A stretch of DNA of 64,000 bases from an uncultured Verrucomicrobiota bacterium (GTDB taxonomy: Bacteria; Verrucomicrobiota; Verrucomicrobiia; Chthoniobacterales; JACTMZ01). Every line of letters starts with the position of its first letter. Position 1 is the first letter of the stretch. The notes below the pieces were generated by a model. That model had not been told where the DNA came from, searched no databases, and saw nothing but the letters and a program-made list of their open reading frames with translations. This document shows positions 44,326 through 53,567 of this stretch, in pieces. A program made the position numbers and the translations under genes. Location: assembly GCA_903953565.1 (NCBI GenBank), contig CAJBKE010000017.1, positions 8,012 through 72,011 of the forward strand. Direction: 5' to 3'.

Positions 44326-45414
44326 CTACTTCCTCCGACGGCGCATGACGTGGGCGCCGAGACCGACGGCCGACAACGCAAGCAGCGCGTAGGTGGACGG
44401 CTCGGGGACGACCTCGGCAACAAAACCCTGGGCCTGACCCCCGTAGATTCCACTCCCGGTCAGGTATCTGCCATCATCCGTGATGCCGAAGGCGGTGAGG
44501 TTCGACCATCCGGTAAGATCTACATTGCCGGAGAGCAGGTAACTCTCCACGGAAGTCATGCCGGCCAACTCCGTCCAAATGAAGCCTTCACTTGTGGTGA
44601 AGTTCGCCCCGAGGACATATTGCCCGTTGTCACTTACAAACACACTGGAAGCAAAGTCGTTGGGATTCGACGACCCCAGCTCGACCATGCCGGTCTCTAG
44701 CGTCCACCGGAAGGGTTTAGCCCCGGTCTCCGTAAGGCTTCTGCCGACCACGATGCTACCGTCCGCCGAAACGGACATGGCCTCGGAACTCGTGCCTCCG
44801 GGCAGCGTGCCGAGGAGTGTCTGCGTCGGGGAGCCGCTCAAGTTCCAAAGCGCAGCAACGTTGGTAATCTGCCCCACCGCAATCGTTCCGTTGCTGTTGG
44901 CCGCATTGGCATAGGAGTTCGACGGGCCGAAAACGTTCGCGCCTCCACCTGCGGTCCAGAGCGCAGCTTTGATGTCAAAGCTCTCGCCCACGATGGTCGT
45001 GCCATCCGCGCTGATTCCGGTCGCTGTGCGCAGAGGGATATCCTCGAAGCCGCCGGTGCTGGTCCAGCGAAAGGAACCACCGAGGCGAACACCGGTGCCG
45101 ACGGTGCCATCACCGCTGAGGTCGTTGAAGCGAGAGAAGCCGGTCCAGCCGGCCGGCACGTTGGGTGCAAGTGCTGCGGGGCCGGGACCCGTCCAGAGAA
45201 CAGGACGTTGGGACGAAAATGTGTTGCCGTTGGTGTAAGCCCAGCCGGCCACCACCGAGCCATCGGCACTCATGGCGACACCAACAGAGTTTGATCCTGT
45301 CCCGAATTGGCCGAAGCCTTGAATCCACGCCGATTGCGCGTCAGCACGGAGCGGAGTAAACACAACGGCAGCGAGGAGAATAGCGATGGGCAGGGGGCGC
45401 TTTTTCGTGGACAT
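44326..45414 (-). CDS. PEP-CTERM-anchored secreted repeat protein (HAF-like extracellular repeats)
   Basis: Start at ATG 45414 (MSTKKRPLPIAILLAAVVFTPLRADA). Recurrent units are of the type S(A/V)DG(S/T)xVxG...(L/R)W(T/N). The C-terminus is VPEPSTYALLALSAVGLGAHVMRRRRK. Confidence 0.8.
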   Translation of the reverse strand: MSTKKRPLPIAILLAAVVFTPLRADAQSAWIQGFGQFGTGSNSVGVAMSADGSVVAGWAYTNGNTFSSQRPVLWTGPGPAALAPNVPAGWTGFSRFNDLSGDGTVGTGVRLGGSFRWTSTGGFEDIPLRTATGISADGTTIVGESFDIKAALWTAGGGANVFGPSNSYANAANSNGTIAVGQITNVAALWNLSGSPTQTLLGTLPGGTSSEAMSVSADGSIVVGRSLTETGAKPFRWTLETGMVELGSSNPNDFASSVFVSDNGQYVLGANFTTSEGFIWTELAGMTSVESYLLSGNVDLTGWSNLTAFGITDDGRYLTGSGIYGGQAQGFVAEVVPEPSTYALLALSAVGLGAHVMRRRRK

Positions 45415-45537
45415 GGTTAAGTTTGTCTCCCCCCGCTCGCGCAAGTCAAAAACTAAGAATGACAGAACTGTTACAAAACCCGGCCCTCTGCGGTTAACCC
45501 CTGCACCGCAAAAGATTGACCCTCACTCCCAATCCGC

Positions 45538-46422
45538 GTGCCATCACTCCTCATGAATCCGTGGATCCTTGCCGCCCGCCCGCGCACGCTCGGTGCGGCC
45601 ATTGTGCCGGTGGTGGCAGGTTGTGCCTTGGCCTTTGCCGCGGGCGGATTCGATCCGTTGGCGTCCGCGCTCGCCTTGATTTGCGCCATCCTCATCCAAA
45701 TCGCGACGAACTACTTCAACGACGCTATCGACCATGCCAAAGGGGCGGACACCGCGGAACGGCTCGGGCCCGTCCGCGCAACGAGCGCCGGCCTGCTCTC
45801 GCCGCGCGCCATCATGACTGGCGGTGCCGTGTGCCTGAGCCTCGCCGCCGTCCTCGCCATCCCGCTCGTTCTGCACGGCGGATGGCCGATTCTCGCGCTC
45901 GGCATCGTTTCGCTGGTTCTTTCCTACGCTTACACCGGCGGTCCGTTCCCCCTCGCCTATCTCGGTCTCGGTGAAATCTTCGTCGTGCTTTTTTTTGGCG
46001 TCTTCGCCGTGAACGGAACATTTTTCCTCAACACGCTGGAATTTTCCTGGGGCGCCGCGCTTGCAGGTCTGCAAATCGGACTGCATTCCAGCGTGCTTCT
46101 CGCGGTGAACAACCTGCGCGACTTGGAGACGGACCGCGCGGCCAACAAACGGACGCTGGCCGCGCGCTTTGGTCTGAGTTTCGCGCGTCGTGAAAACGCG
46201 GCGCTGGTCGTCGCACCTTTCATTCTCGGCATCCTCTGGCTGCCGCTCGGCTATCTCTGGGCCTTCTTGCTTCCGATCATGACCCTGCCGCTCGCTTGGT
46301 GGCTGGCGCGCGCCTGCCTCGAAGCGCGGCCCGCGCGCGAAACCAACCAACTCCTTGCCCAAGCCGCCGCATTGCACGCGTCCTTCGGACTTCTCCTCGC
46401 CTTGGCTTTTCTCCTACCGTGA
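45538..46422 (+). CDS. menA: 1,4-dihydroxy-2-naphthoate polyprenyltransferase (UbiA family)
   Basis: 294 aa, polytopic, with the UbiA Asp-rich motif NYFNDAIDHAKGAD. It is adjacent to menC. A start at 45553 is equally possible. Confidence 0.85.
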   Translation: MPSLLMNPWILAARPRTLGAAIVPVVAGCALAFAAGGFDPLASALALICAILIQIATNYFNDAIDHAKGADTAERLGPVRATSAGLLSPRAIMTGGAVCLSLAAVLAIPLVLHGGWPILALGIVSLVLSYAYTGGPFPLAYLGLGEIFVVLFFGVFAVNGTFFLNTLEFSWGAALAGLQIGLHSSVLLAVNNLRDLETDRAANKRTLAARFGLSFARRENAALVVAPFILGILWLPLGYLWAFLLPIMTLPLAWWLARACLEARPARETNQLLAQAAALHASFGLLLALAFLLP

Positions 46423-47396
46423 AAATTTGGACGCACCATTACACGCTGCAGCCCGGATCCGATCCGACCCGCGCCGCGCGTAGTCCGCGTCACGGCGCAC
46501 TTCTTTGCGTCGAGTTCGACGATGAAAGAATCGGCCATGCCGACCTGCATCCGTGGAAGGAGTTTGGACACGCCCCGCTCACCGACCACATGGCCTCACT
46601 GGGCACAGACCAACCGACGCCGCTGGCCAACCTCGCCCTACGACATGCGCGCACCGATGCCGCCGCACGCCGCGCCGGTCTTTCGCTTTTCGACGAACTC
46701 CCGGAAGTGCGCAGCCATGCGCTTTTCACCGATTGGATCGACGCACCGCGCAACGCATTCGAGCAATGCGTGGCCGAAGGTTATACTGCGGTGAAACTCA
46801 AAATCGGACGCGACCCGCAACGCGAAGCTGAAGCGTTGAATGCTTTGGCCGATCTGCCGCTCCGTTGGCGGCTCGATGCGAATGCCTTCTTCACGACCGG
46901 CGGCGAATCGATCAACACTTTCCTCGAGACCCTCGATCCGAACATCCGCCAAAATATCGAATTCCTCGAAGATCCGATGCCCTACGATCCGTTTGCATGG
47001 TCGACATTGTCCGAACGCGAAAAAATCCCCCTCGCCCTCGACTGGGAATTGCCGGCCACGCCACCGCCGTGGCCGGGGGCGCAAGTCCTCGTGATCAAAC
47101 CCGCCGCGCAGGACGCCTTTCCCCTCGCTCTCGCCGCCGCGCACGCCGGCATGGAAATCGTGGTCACCCACAGCATGGACCATCCGCTCGGTCAAAGCGT
47201 CGCGCTGTGGACGGCGATGCGACTGCGCCAGCGACACGGCGACATTGTCCTCGACGGGGGACTTCAAGTCGGCGGACTTTACGCCCCGGATGAATTCTGC
47301 GCACAAATCTGCGGACCGCAGACAGTCCCGCCTGCCGGCACGGGATTCGGGTTCGACAAACTGCTGGAGCAACTCCCATGGAAAATAATGCGCTGA
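46419..47396 (+). CDS. menC: o-succinylbenzoate synthase (enolase superfamily)
   Basis: GTG at 46419 overlaps the menA stop (GTGA). KxK motif in YTAVKLKIG, plus metal-ligand contexts RLDANAFF and IEFLEDP. Confidence 0.7.
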   Translation: MKIWTHHYTLQPGSDPTRAARSPRHGALLCVEFDDERIGHADLHPWKEFGHAPLTDHMASLGTDQPTPLANLALRHARTDAAARRAGLSLFDELPEVRSHALFTDWIDAPRNAFEQCVAEGYTAVKLKIGRDPQREAEALNALADLPLRWRLDANAFFTTGGESINTFLETLDPNIRQNIEFLEDPMPYDPFAWSTLSEREKIPLALDWELPATPPPWPGAQVLVIKPAAQDAFPLALAAAHAGMEIVVTHSMDHPLGQSVALWTAMRLRQRHGDIVLDGGLQVGGLYAPDEFCAQICGPQTVPPAGTGFGFDKLLEQLPWKIMR

Positions 47397-47752
47397 ATTC
47401 CACACAGCCGCCGTTGCCCGTCTGGTGGCTGATCTGGAGCGGGATCATCACAGCTTTCTTCGTGGTGCTCGGCATCTTCGAGAGCGGCGGGGTGCAGATT
47501 GATGCGCCTGCCGCGCTCGCCTTGATCGCAATCGTTCCCTTCGCCGGGTCTGCCGCGGTGCGCTTTATCCTCATCCCGCGCGCTCCGGCCGGGAAAAAAT
47601 TCGTCTTCTTTGTCCTTGGTCTGGCCTTGGCCGAGTTCGGAGGCTTCCACGCCCTTCTTTTGGCTTCTCCCTGGAAAACCCCACTCACCGCCTCGGCCAT
47701 CGTCCTCATGATCCTCCACATTCCCGCCTTCATCCGGAGAACCCAATCGTGA
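47378..47752 (+). CDS. hypothetical membrane protein (4 TM)
   Basis: 124 aa, hydrophobic, with a 19-nt overlap on the menC end. I do not recognise a family. Confidence 0.5.
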   Translation: MENNALNSTQPPLPVWWLIWSGIITAFFVVLGIFESGGVQIDAPAALALIAIVPFAGSAAVRFILIPRAPAGKKFVFFVLGLALAEFGGFHALLLASPWKTPLTASAIVLMILHIPAFIRRTQS

Positions 47753-48333
47753 GGTCAGGCACATCCCTAAGCGTGAGCCGGTTCCACCGGCTTGCGGTCG
47801 CCTGCATCTGCGTTCTCGGCATGCAGGCAGTCGACGCTGCCGAACTGGGCAAAGTCCTCTTCGATTTCTCCGACCCTGCCGCCATGAAGGGCTGGCAAAT
47901 CGAAGATGACGGAGTGATGGGCGGCGTCTCCAAAGGGATCTTTTCCCGTGACCCCGATGGCTACGCAGTCTTCAGCGGCGATGTTTCGCTGGAGAACGAC
48001 GGCGGGTTCCCTTCTGTGCAATGCTACTTCGACCCGGTCGATGTTTCCAGTTACCGCACCGCGATCATCCGGGTCAAAGGTGACGGTAAAGATTACCGGT
48101 TTATCATCGAATCAGAAAAAGACGCCCGCCACTACTACGTCGCCGAATTCACCACCAATGCCGAATGGCAGGAGATAAAAATTCCCCTGCGCAAAATGTA
48201 TCCCGTCCGACGCGGCGACCGCCTCGACCTCCCCGACTATCCCGCCGAAACGATGGCCCAAGTCCGCCTTATGATCGCCAACGGCCGCGCCGAATCCTTC
48301 CGACTCGAAATCGCCAGCATCCGGCTGGAGTAA
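47749..48333 (+). CDS. CIA30-family (complex I intermediate-associated protein 30-like) secreted protein
   Basis: 194 aa. W(Q)IEDDGVMGGVSKG...FSGDVSLENDGGFPSVQ...IRVKGDGKDYRF is the typical CIA30 domain pattern. A GTG start overlaps the upstream stop. Confidence 0.75.
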   Translation: MRSGTSLSVSRFHRLAVACICVLGMQAVDAAELGKVLFDFSDPAAMKGWQIEDDGVMGGVSKGIFSRDPDGYAVFSGDVSLENDGGFPSVQCYFDPVDVSSYRTAIIRVKGDGKDYRFIIESEKDARHYYVAEFTTNAEWQEIKIPLRKMYPVRRGDRLDLPDYPAETMAQVRLMIANGRAESFRLEIASIRLE

Positions 48334-48395
48334 TGTAGCGGCGGCGCTACAGGCAAACCTCTGCGCCCTCCGCGTCCTCCGCGCCCTCTGCGGTT
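48334..48395. repeat. short hairpin TGTAGCGGCGGCGCTACA followed by a family 1 repeat arm
   Basis: It lies between the convergent CIA30 and priA ends. The arm is CCTCTGCGCCCTCCGCGTCCTCCGCGCCCTCTGCGGTT. Confidence 0.7.
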
Positions 48396-48399
48396 TGCC

Positions 48400-50628
48400 T
48401 TAAAGCACCGCCATGGGATCCACGTCCACTGCGACATGCACATCCTTCGGCAGCTTGATCGCCTTGATCACCTCGCGGATCGCCTTGGTCAGGACCCGGA
48501 CCTGTTTTCCCCGCGCCACCACTTGATACCGATACATCCCGCGCACCCGCGCCAACGGTGCAGGCGCCGAGGGACTGACCATGACACTCGGCGGCACCGC
48601 AGAAGACAACTTCTGCGCCAGGGTGCGTGCGGCGAACTCCGCCTTCTGCGCCGTGTCGGCTCGGGCCGTGATCAGCACGATGTGCGAATAGGGCGGGTGC
48701 CCGAAATTTCCACGCATCTCGAGCTCGTGGTCCGCAAATCCGTCGAAATCATGCGACTTGGCGAACTGCAGCGAGGGATGCGCCGGGGTAAAGGTCTGCA
48801 CGATCACCTCGCCCTCGGCATCGCCACGCCCGGCGCGCCCGGCCACCTGAACAAGGAGTTGGAACGTCCGCTCGCCAGCGCGAAAATCGGGCAAATGCAG
48901 CGCGGAGTCAGCGCTGATGATTCCCACGAGCGTCACCCCGGGAAAATGTAGTCCTTTGGCGATCATTTGCGTTCCGACCAGGATATCGATTTTCCGTGAG
49001 CGGAAGGCGCCGAGCGTTTCGTGATACGCGTCCTTGCGCGTCATGGTGTCGGAATCCATCCGCGCCACGCGCGCTTTGGGGAACATCTTCCTCACCGCGG
49101 CCTCGACCTTCTCCGTGCCGACCCCGCTGAACGCGATTTGCGGATCGTGACACTGCGGACATTTCCGCGGGGGCTTTTGCGCGTGGCCGCAGATATGGCA
49201 GCGGGCCAAGTCCTCTTTTTTGTGCAAGGCCAGAGACACACTGCAGTTGGGACACTCAACTTTTTTCCCGCAAGCCTTGCAGGCCAGCACGGTGAAGAAT
49301 CCGCGGCGGTTGAGAAAGAGGATGGTCTGTTCGCCCTTGGCCAGACGCGACTCGATGGCGCCGGCCAGCTTCGGCGAGATAAACTGATCATTGCGCTCGC
49401 CGTCTTTGCTCCGCAGGCGCATATCCACCACGCGGAAGACGGGCAAGACACAGCCGTCGTGCCGGTGGGTCAGTTCGAGCAGGCCGTATTTCCCCTTACG
49501 GCAGTTCTCGAAACTTTCGAGCGAAGGCGTAGCCGAACCGAGCAGAACGGCGCAGGGCTCCATCTTGCCGCGCACTACCGCCAGATCGCGCGCGTGGTAA
49601 CGCGGACCTTCATCCTGCTTGTAAGACGTGTCGTGTTCCTCGTCGATGACGATCAGCCCGAGATTCTCTAGCGGCGCAAAGACCGCGCCACGCGCCCCGA
49701 TGACAATGCGCGCCTTCCCATCGCGCACGCGGTGCCACTCGTCATGGCGTTCGCCCTCGCTCAAGTGACTGTGCAACACAGCCACATCGATGCCGCGCGG
49801 GGCAAAGCGCGAGGAAAACCTCTCCACCGTCTGCGGCGTCAGTGAAATTTCCGGCACAAGCACAAGCGCGGTTTTCCCCGCGTCGATCACCTCGGCGATG
49901 GCGCGCAGATACACTTCCGTCTTCCCGCTTCCCGTGATACCTTTGAGCACTATCGGCTTGTGCGCGCCCGGATCACGCAGCGCCGGACGAATCCCTTGCA
50001 GCGCGCTCTCCTGCTCGGCACTCAACTCGGGAGGTTCCGCGGGCACAAACTCTTCGGACCCTCGCGGGGCACGGCGCACCTCTTCGCTCGTGATCGCGAT
50101 CAACCCGCGCCGCTCCAGCGTTTTCAGCGTCGCATCGGCCGCACCCGTTTGCGCGGCCAACTTCGCGACCGCCAATGGACCGTCCGCTTTTTGCAAACAT
50201 TCCACCGCCGCCGCCTGTCGGGGCGCCTTGCGGCCAAGGGCCTCCAATTCCTCCGCACCGACCTCACGGGCCAGCACCGCGAACTTCCGCTTGAGCGGCG
50301 CATGGCCGGCCTCGCGCACCGCCCGCGGCAAAATGCAGCGCAACGCATCCTGCTCGTCACACCCGTAGTAATCCGCCATCCACTTGGCGAGTTTCATCAG
50401 CACCGGTGTCATCTGTGGACGCTCGTCCATCACCGCCGCAATCAGCCGCACTCCTTTGGCCGAGGTTGTTTCCGAAACGGACACAACCGTCCCGATGACT
50501 TGCCGGTTACGCAGTGGCACGCGCACGCGGGAACCGGCCGCGATGCGATTCTCCCAGGATTCGGGAATTTCGTAGTCGAGTTCCTTGCCCGTCGAGCGGT
50601 CGAGAATCACTTGGGCAAAGCGCGGCAT
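48400..50628 (-). CDS. priA: primosomal replication-restart helicase PriA
   Basis: 742 aa with Walker A GITGSGKT, DEEH box VIDEEHD, and the Cys-rich zinc-binding insert CKACGKKVECPNCS...CHICG...CPQC. Confidence 0.95.
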   Translation of the reverse strand: MPRFAQVILDRSTGKELDYEIPESWENRIAAGSRVRVPLRNRQVIGTVVSVSETTSAKGVRLIAAVMDERPQMTPVLMKLAKWMADYYGCDEQDALRCILPRAVREAGHAPLKRKFAVLAREVGAEELEALGRKAPRQAAAVECLQKADGPLAVAKLAAQTGAADATLKTLERRGLIAITSEEVRRAPRGSEEFVPAEPPELSAEQESALQGIRPALRDPGAHKPIVLKGITGSGKTEVYLRAIAEVIDAGKTALVLVPEISLTPQTVERFSSRFAPRGIDVAVLHSHLSEGERHDEWHRVRDGKARIVIGARGAVFAPLENLGLIVIDEEHDTSYKQDEGPRYHARDLAVVRGKMEPCAVLLGSATPSLESFENCRKGKYGLLELTHRHDGCVLPVFRVVDMRLRSKDGERNDQFISPKLAGAIESRLAKGEQTILFLNRRGFFTVLACKACGKKVECPNCSVSLALHKKEDLARCHICGHAQKPPRKCPQCHDPQIAFSGVGTEKVEAAVRKMFPKARVARMDSDTMTRKDAYHETLGAFRSRKIDILVGTQMIAKGLHFPGVTLVGIISADSALHLPDFRAGERTFQLLVQVAGRAGRGDAEGEVIVQTFTPAHPSLQFAKSHDFDGFADHELEMRGNFGHPPYSHIVLITARADTAQKAEFAARTLAQKLSSAVPPSVMVSPSAPAPLARVRGMYRYQVVARGKQVRVLTKAIREVIKAIKLPKDVHVAVDVDPMAVL

Positions 50629-50797
50629 GGGGAAAGCTTATCCGGTCGGTCCAACCTCTCAATCAGGCATTGGAGGGCGGACGTCCCCGGCCGCCACGGG
50701 AGCTGGTGCAGCTCGCGGGGACGCTCGCCCTCCAGAAAAATGCACCCTCCCCGGTTGTCGCTGTTGGCCAACCAGCCACCAAACAGGCGGGTGGATT

Positions 50798-50992
50798 TTA
50801 TGCTCCTTTCGGAACTTCGACACCGAGCCGGCGACAGATCGATTTCGTTGTAAAGCGCTTAACTTCCTTGTGCCGCGGAATCGCTTGGATTTCACCGGTC
50901 GCGGGATTCCGCCAAATGGAATGCGATCCGCCCTCGCGCACCAACTCGCAGCCTTGCGAACGAAGATGCGCCAGCAGCGCCTCCCGCTTCAT
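50798..50992 (-). CDS. hicA: type II toxin HicA (mRNA interferase)
   Basis: 64 aa, MKREALLAHLRSQGCELVREGGSHSIWRNPATGEIQAIPRHKEV. The G(G)SH motif is typical of HicA/YcfA. Confidence 0.85.
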   Translation of the reverse strand: MKREALLAHLRSQGCELVREGGSHSIWRNPATGEIQAIPRHKEVKRFTTKSICRRLGVEVPKGA

Positions 50993-51207
50993 GCCGCTAC
51001 AACTTGGAGTTGGTCGCCTTGGGACAAAAACTTCTCAGCTTCTTCACGACGGAATTGCAGCACTTCTTTGACCGCTTCCCTCAGGTTCGCGATGCACTCC
51101 TCGCGGGTTTCACCTTGGCCGTTAGCTTCCGGAAACTCCACGCAGGTCGCAGCGAAACCCGTTTCGCCATCGAGCGCGCAATCATGCAGAACCACGGTGA
51201 TATCCAT
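50989..51207 (-). CDS. hicB: type II antitoxin HicB (short, UPF0150-type)
   Basis: Start at ATG 51207 (MDITVVLHDCALDGETGFAATCVEFPEANGQGETREECIANLREAVKEVL), 72 aa. A 4-nt overlap joins it to hicA. The track start 51315 extends into repeat DNA. Confidence 0.8.
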   Translation of the reverse strand: MDITVVLHDCALDGETGFAATCVEFPEANGQGETREECIANLREAVKEVLQFRREEAEKFLSQGDQLQVVAA

Positions 51208-51272
51208 GGAAAAAACATGATGGCGGGAGCACACCGTGTCAAATGCTCGTGCGTCAGGCTTTGGAAAAAGAG

Positions 51273-51494
51273 AACCGCAGAGGACGCAGAGAACACGGAG
51301 GTGCACATTCCACACTAGGGTCCGCTGGCCCAGCCGACCGCACGCTCTGATCAGAAAGGTGGATCGCGCCGTCCCATCGCGATTTTCCGGGTGGATTATC
51401 GCGCCGGGACGGCGCGATCCACCTTGCCATGCGTACGAAATCCTCCCGGAAGCTTTTCGTCTTACCCTCTGTGCTCTCCGCGCTCTCTGCGGTT
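51273..51494. repeat. 222-bp nested palindromic mosaic (MITE/BIME-like)
   Basis: The outer 29-nt arms AACCGCAGAGGACGCAGAGAACACGGAGG (51273-51301) and CCTCTGTGCTCTCCGCGCTCTCTGCGGTT (51466-51494) are complementary at 24/29 positions, and all mismatches are transitions. Inside lie a family 2 hairpin (51316-51339) and a perfect 18-bp inverted repeat GGTGGATCGCGCCGTCCC / GGGACGGCGCGATCCACC (51358-51375 / 51406-51423, family 3). Confidence 0.8.
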
Positions 51495-51497
51495 TTC

Positions 51498-51917
51498 CTA
51501 ATTACCAACGACAGCAACGACAATCTCCCGCCGGTGCGGAACGAGGCGGTGTTCGAGGAGGAAAATGCCCTGCCATGTTCCGAGGGCCATGCGACCGGCC
51601 GTCACGGGGATGGTTTCGCTCGTGCGGGTCACCGTCATGCGCAGATGGCTGGCCGTGTCGTCCGGACCCTCCGCGGTGTGGATGTGCCAGGCTTCGCCGT
51701 CGGGAGCGATACGATCGAGGAACTCGTGCAAATCCTCGCGGGCCGAGGGGTCAGCGTTCTCGTAGATGACGAGGCTCGCGCTGGTGTGGCGGACAAACAC
51801 CGTGACGATGCCTTCGCGCAAACCGGAAGCTGCGACGAAGCGCGCGACCTCGTCGGTGATTTCATAACTGCCGCGCCCGCGGGTGCGGATTTCGAAACTT
51901 TCGGTCTTGGCGATCAT
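51498..51917 (-). CDS. YjbQ/UPF0047 family protein (secondary thiamine-phosphate synthase-like)
   Basis: 139 aa, TRGRGSYEITDEV...GIVTVFVRHTSASLVIYENADP...DTASHLR...GTWQGIFLLEH. Confidence 0.85.
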   Translation of the reverse strand: MIAKTESFEIRTRGRGSYEITDEVARFVAASGLREGIVTVFVRHTSASLVIYENADPSAREDLHEFLDRIAPDGEAWHIHTAEGPDDTASHLRMTVTRTSETIPVTAGRMALGTWQGIFLLEHRLVPHRREIVVAVVGN

Positions 51918-51960
51918 TGGCCAGAACTCTCAACCCTCATCCCTCAACCCTCAACTCCAT
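51918..51960 (-). promoter_or_regulatory. intercistronic GTTGAGG-heptamer cassette with mini-uORF, copy 3 (serine hydrolase to yjbQ)
   Basis: Sense strand reads GGAGTTGAGGGTTGAGGGATGAGGGTTGAGAGTTCTGGCCA-ATGA. The upstream gene's TGA stop (51946-51944) lies inside the second heptamer. The internal ATG at 51940 opens ATG AGG GTT GAG AGT TCT GGC CAA TGA (MRVESSGQ), and its TGA overlaps the yjbQ ATG at 51917. Confidence 0.75.
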
Positions 51961-53092
51961 AGAGCGCCTGCACAAGGCGCACCGGACGCGTCTCGCGCAG
52001 AACGCCGTTTTCCATGCGGTTCATCACGTAGGCAAACCCAATCCGGTTGTCCGGGTCGGCAAAGGCCAGACTGCCGCCTGCGCCCGGATGGCCGAAGGCC
52101 GATAACGAAGGCCCGAAGGTCGCGCGCACTTTGTGATCCGAGCCGTCGAGCGGATCCATCATGAAGCCTGCGGAAAAGGCGGTCGGTTGCTGCAATACGA
52201 GATCGGGTCCGTTGCTCGAGCGTTGCGTCAGTGCCTCGGCCCACGGACCGCGGAAAAATTCCCCTGCCGCCAGACGGTCGTAAAACCGCGCGAGAGAACG
52301 TGCATTGCCAATTCCTCCGAAGGACGGGATGGACGCGCGCCAGACTTCAGGGCGGTTTGTTGCAGCGGCACCGGTCAGACCAGCGGGTCGGGCGAAGGAC
52401 TGCGCGGTCAGGGATGCCGGATCGGAAAGCGCCCTCTCGAAAGGACCCGGTTCCTTCAAATCCTCCACTCTTGCCGCATGCATGCGCGCCACATGGCCAT
52501 CCAATTCCGCCGGAAGTCCGATCCAAAATGCCAACATCAACGGATCACCGAACGTCTTGCGCCAATAGTCCCCGAGCGGCATTCCCGCGGTGCGTCGCAC
52601 GATGGCATCAAGCAAATATCCGAATGTGCGCGGCGCGTAACCGTGCGCTGTGCCGGGTGTCCAATTCGGCGCCTGCGAGGCCAGGGCCGACGCCACGGCT
52701 TCCAAATCGAAAACATCGAGGCCCGTCTGCTCGAGCACGGCCAGACCCGCGCGATGCTCGAGCAACTCCGCAAAAGTAATGCGCTCCTTTCCCGCCACGC
52801 CGAATTCCGGCCAGACCGAAACAACCGGCGCCTCCAGAGCGACGCCCGCTTCCTGCAGCGCGTGCAATGCGCAGGCGGCCGCCGGTCCTTTGGTCGCCGA
52901 CCAGCAAAAGACCAGCGTGTCTTCGGTCCAAGGTTGCGTCTTGCCCGCATCGCGCCAACCACCACCGAAGCGCAGCACCTCGCGCCCGTCCTGCCAGACA
53001 CAAACCTCGGCCCCGATTTCCTCCCCGCGCGCGAAGTTCCCCTCGAACGCTGCCCGCACCCGCATAATCGCGCCCTCGTCGAGACGGATCAT
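51944..53092 (-). CDS. beta-lactamase-related serine hydrolase (class C / EstB-like)
   Basis: 382 aa with SxxK nucleophile motif in FCWSATKGPAA. The start overlaps the TPR gene stop. Confidence 0.8.
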   Translation of the reverse strand: MIRLDEGAIMRVRAAFEGNFARGEEIGAEVCVWQDGREVLRFGGGWRDAGKTQPWTEDTLVFCWSATKGPAAACALHALQEAGVALEAPVVSVWPEFGVAGKERITFAELLEHRAGLAVLEQTGLDVFDLEAVASALASQAPNWTPGTAHGYAPRTFGYLLDAIVRRTAGMPLGDYWRKTFGDPLMLAFWIGLPAELDGHVARMHAARVEDLKEPGPFERALSDPASLTAQSFARPAGLTGAAATNRPEVWRASIPSFGGIGNARSLARFYDRLAAGEFFRGPWAEALTQRSSNGPDLVLQQPTAFSAGFMMDPLDGSDHKVRATFGPSLSAFGHPGAGGSLAFADPDNRIGFAYVMNRMENGVLRETRPVRLVQALYGVEG

Positions 53093-53508
53093 GCCAACTT
53101 GCCCATCACACCTTCCAAATCGGGATCGTAGCGCGCGATCTCGCGGAATTTTTCGTCCATGTTGAAACTCATCTGCAAATAGCTTTGCGCGTCCTCCGGA
53201 TTGCCAAGCACCGCGTGGTAGCAGCCGAGATTGTAAAAATAAACGGGCTCGCGCAGCAGCGAGGCAGGTCCCTGCTGCAGAAGCTCCATGGCCTCCGCGG
53301 TGCGCCCGAGCTCGTGCAGACAGAAAGCGCCATGGATGTAGCCGAGGCTCAATTCCGGACGGACGGCCCGCAGCGCCTCACAGGACGCCAGCGCGTCGTC
53401 CCACCGCTGGGCACGCATCAGGATATAAACCCGCAACTGCGCCACATCCTCATGGTCGCGATCTTCCTCCGGCACCCGCTCCAATTCGGCGAGCGCTTCG
53501 TCCGTCAT
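53089..53508 (-). CDS. TPR-repeat protein; N-terminus uncertain
   Basis: 139 aa from ATG 53508. TPR-like helices include EALRAVRPELSLGYIHGAFCLHELGRTAEAMELL. The frame stays open, and still looks TPR-like, upstream of the first ATG as far as the uvrC stop. Confidence 0.65.
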   Translation of the reverse strand: MTDEALAELERVPEEDRDHEDVAQLRVYILMRAQRWDDALASCEALRAVRPELSLGYIHGAFCLHELGRTAEAMELLQQGPASLLREPVYFYNLGCYHAVLGNPEDAQSYLQMSFNMDEKFREIARYDPDLEGVMGKLA

Positions 53509-53567
53509 GCCCAGTTCGAGGTAGCCTTGGGCGGCATTGATGTAGTGTTGCAGGGCGATGCTGGTAG

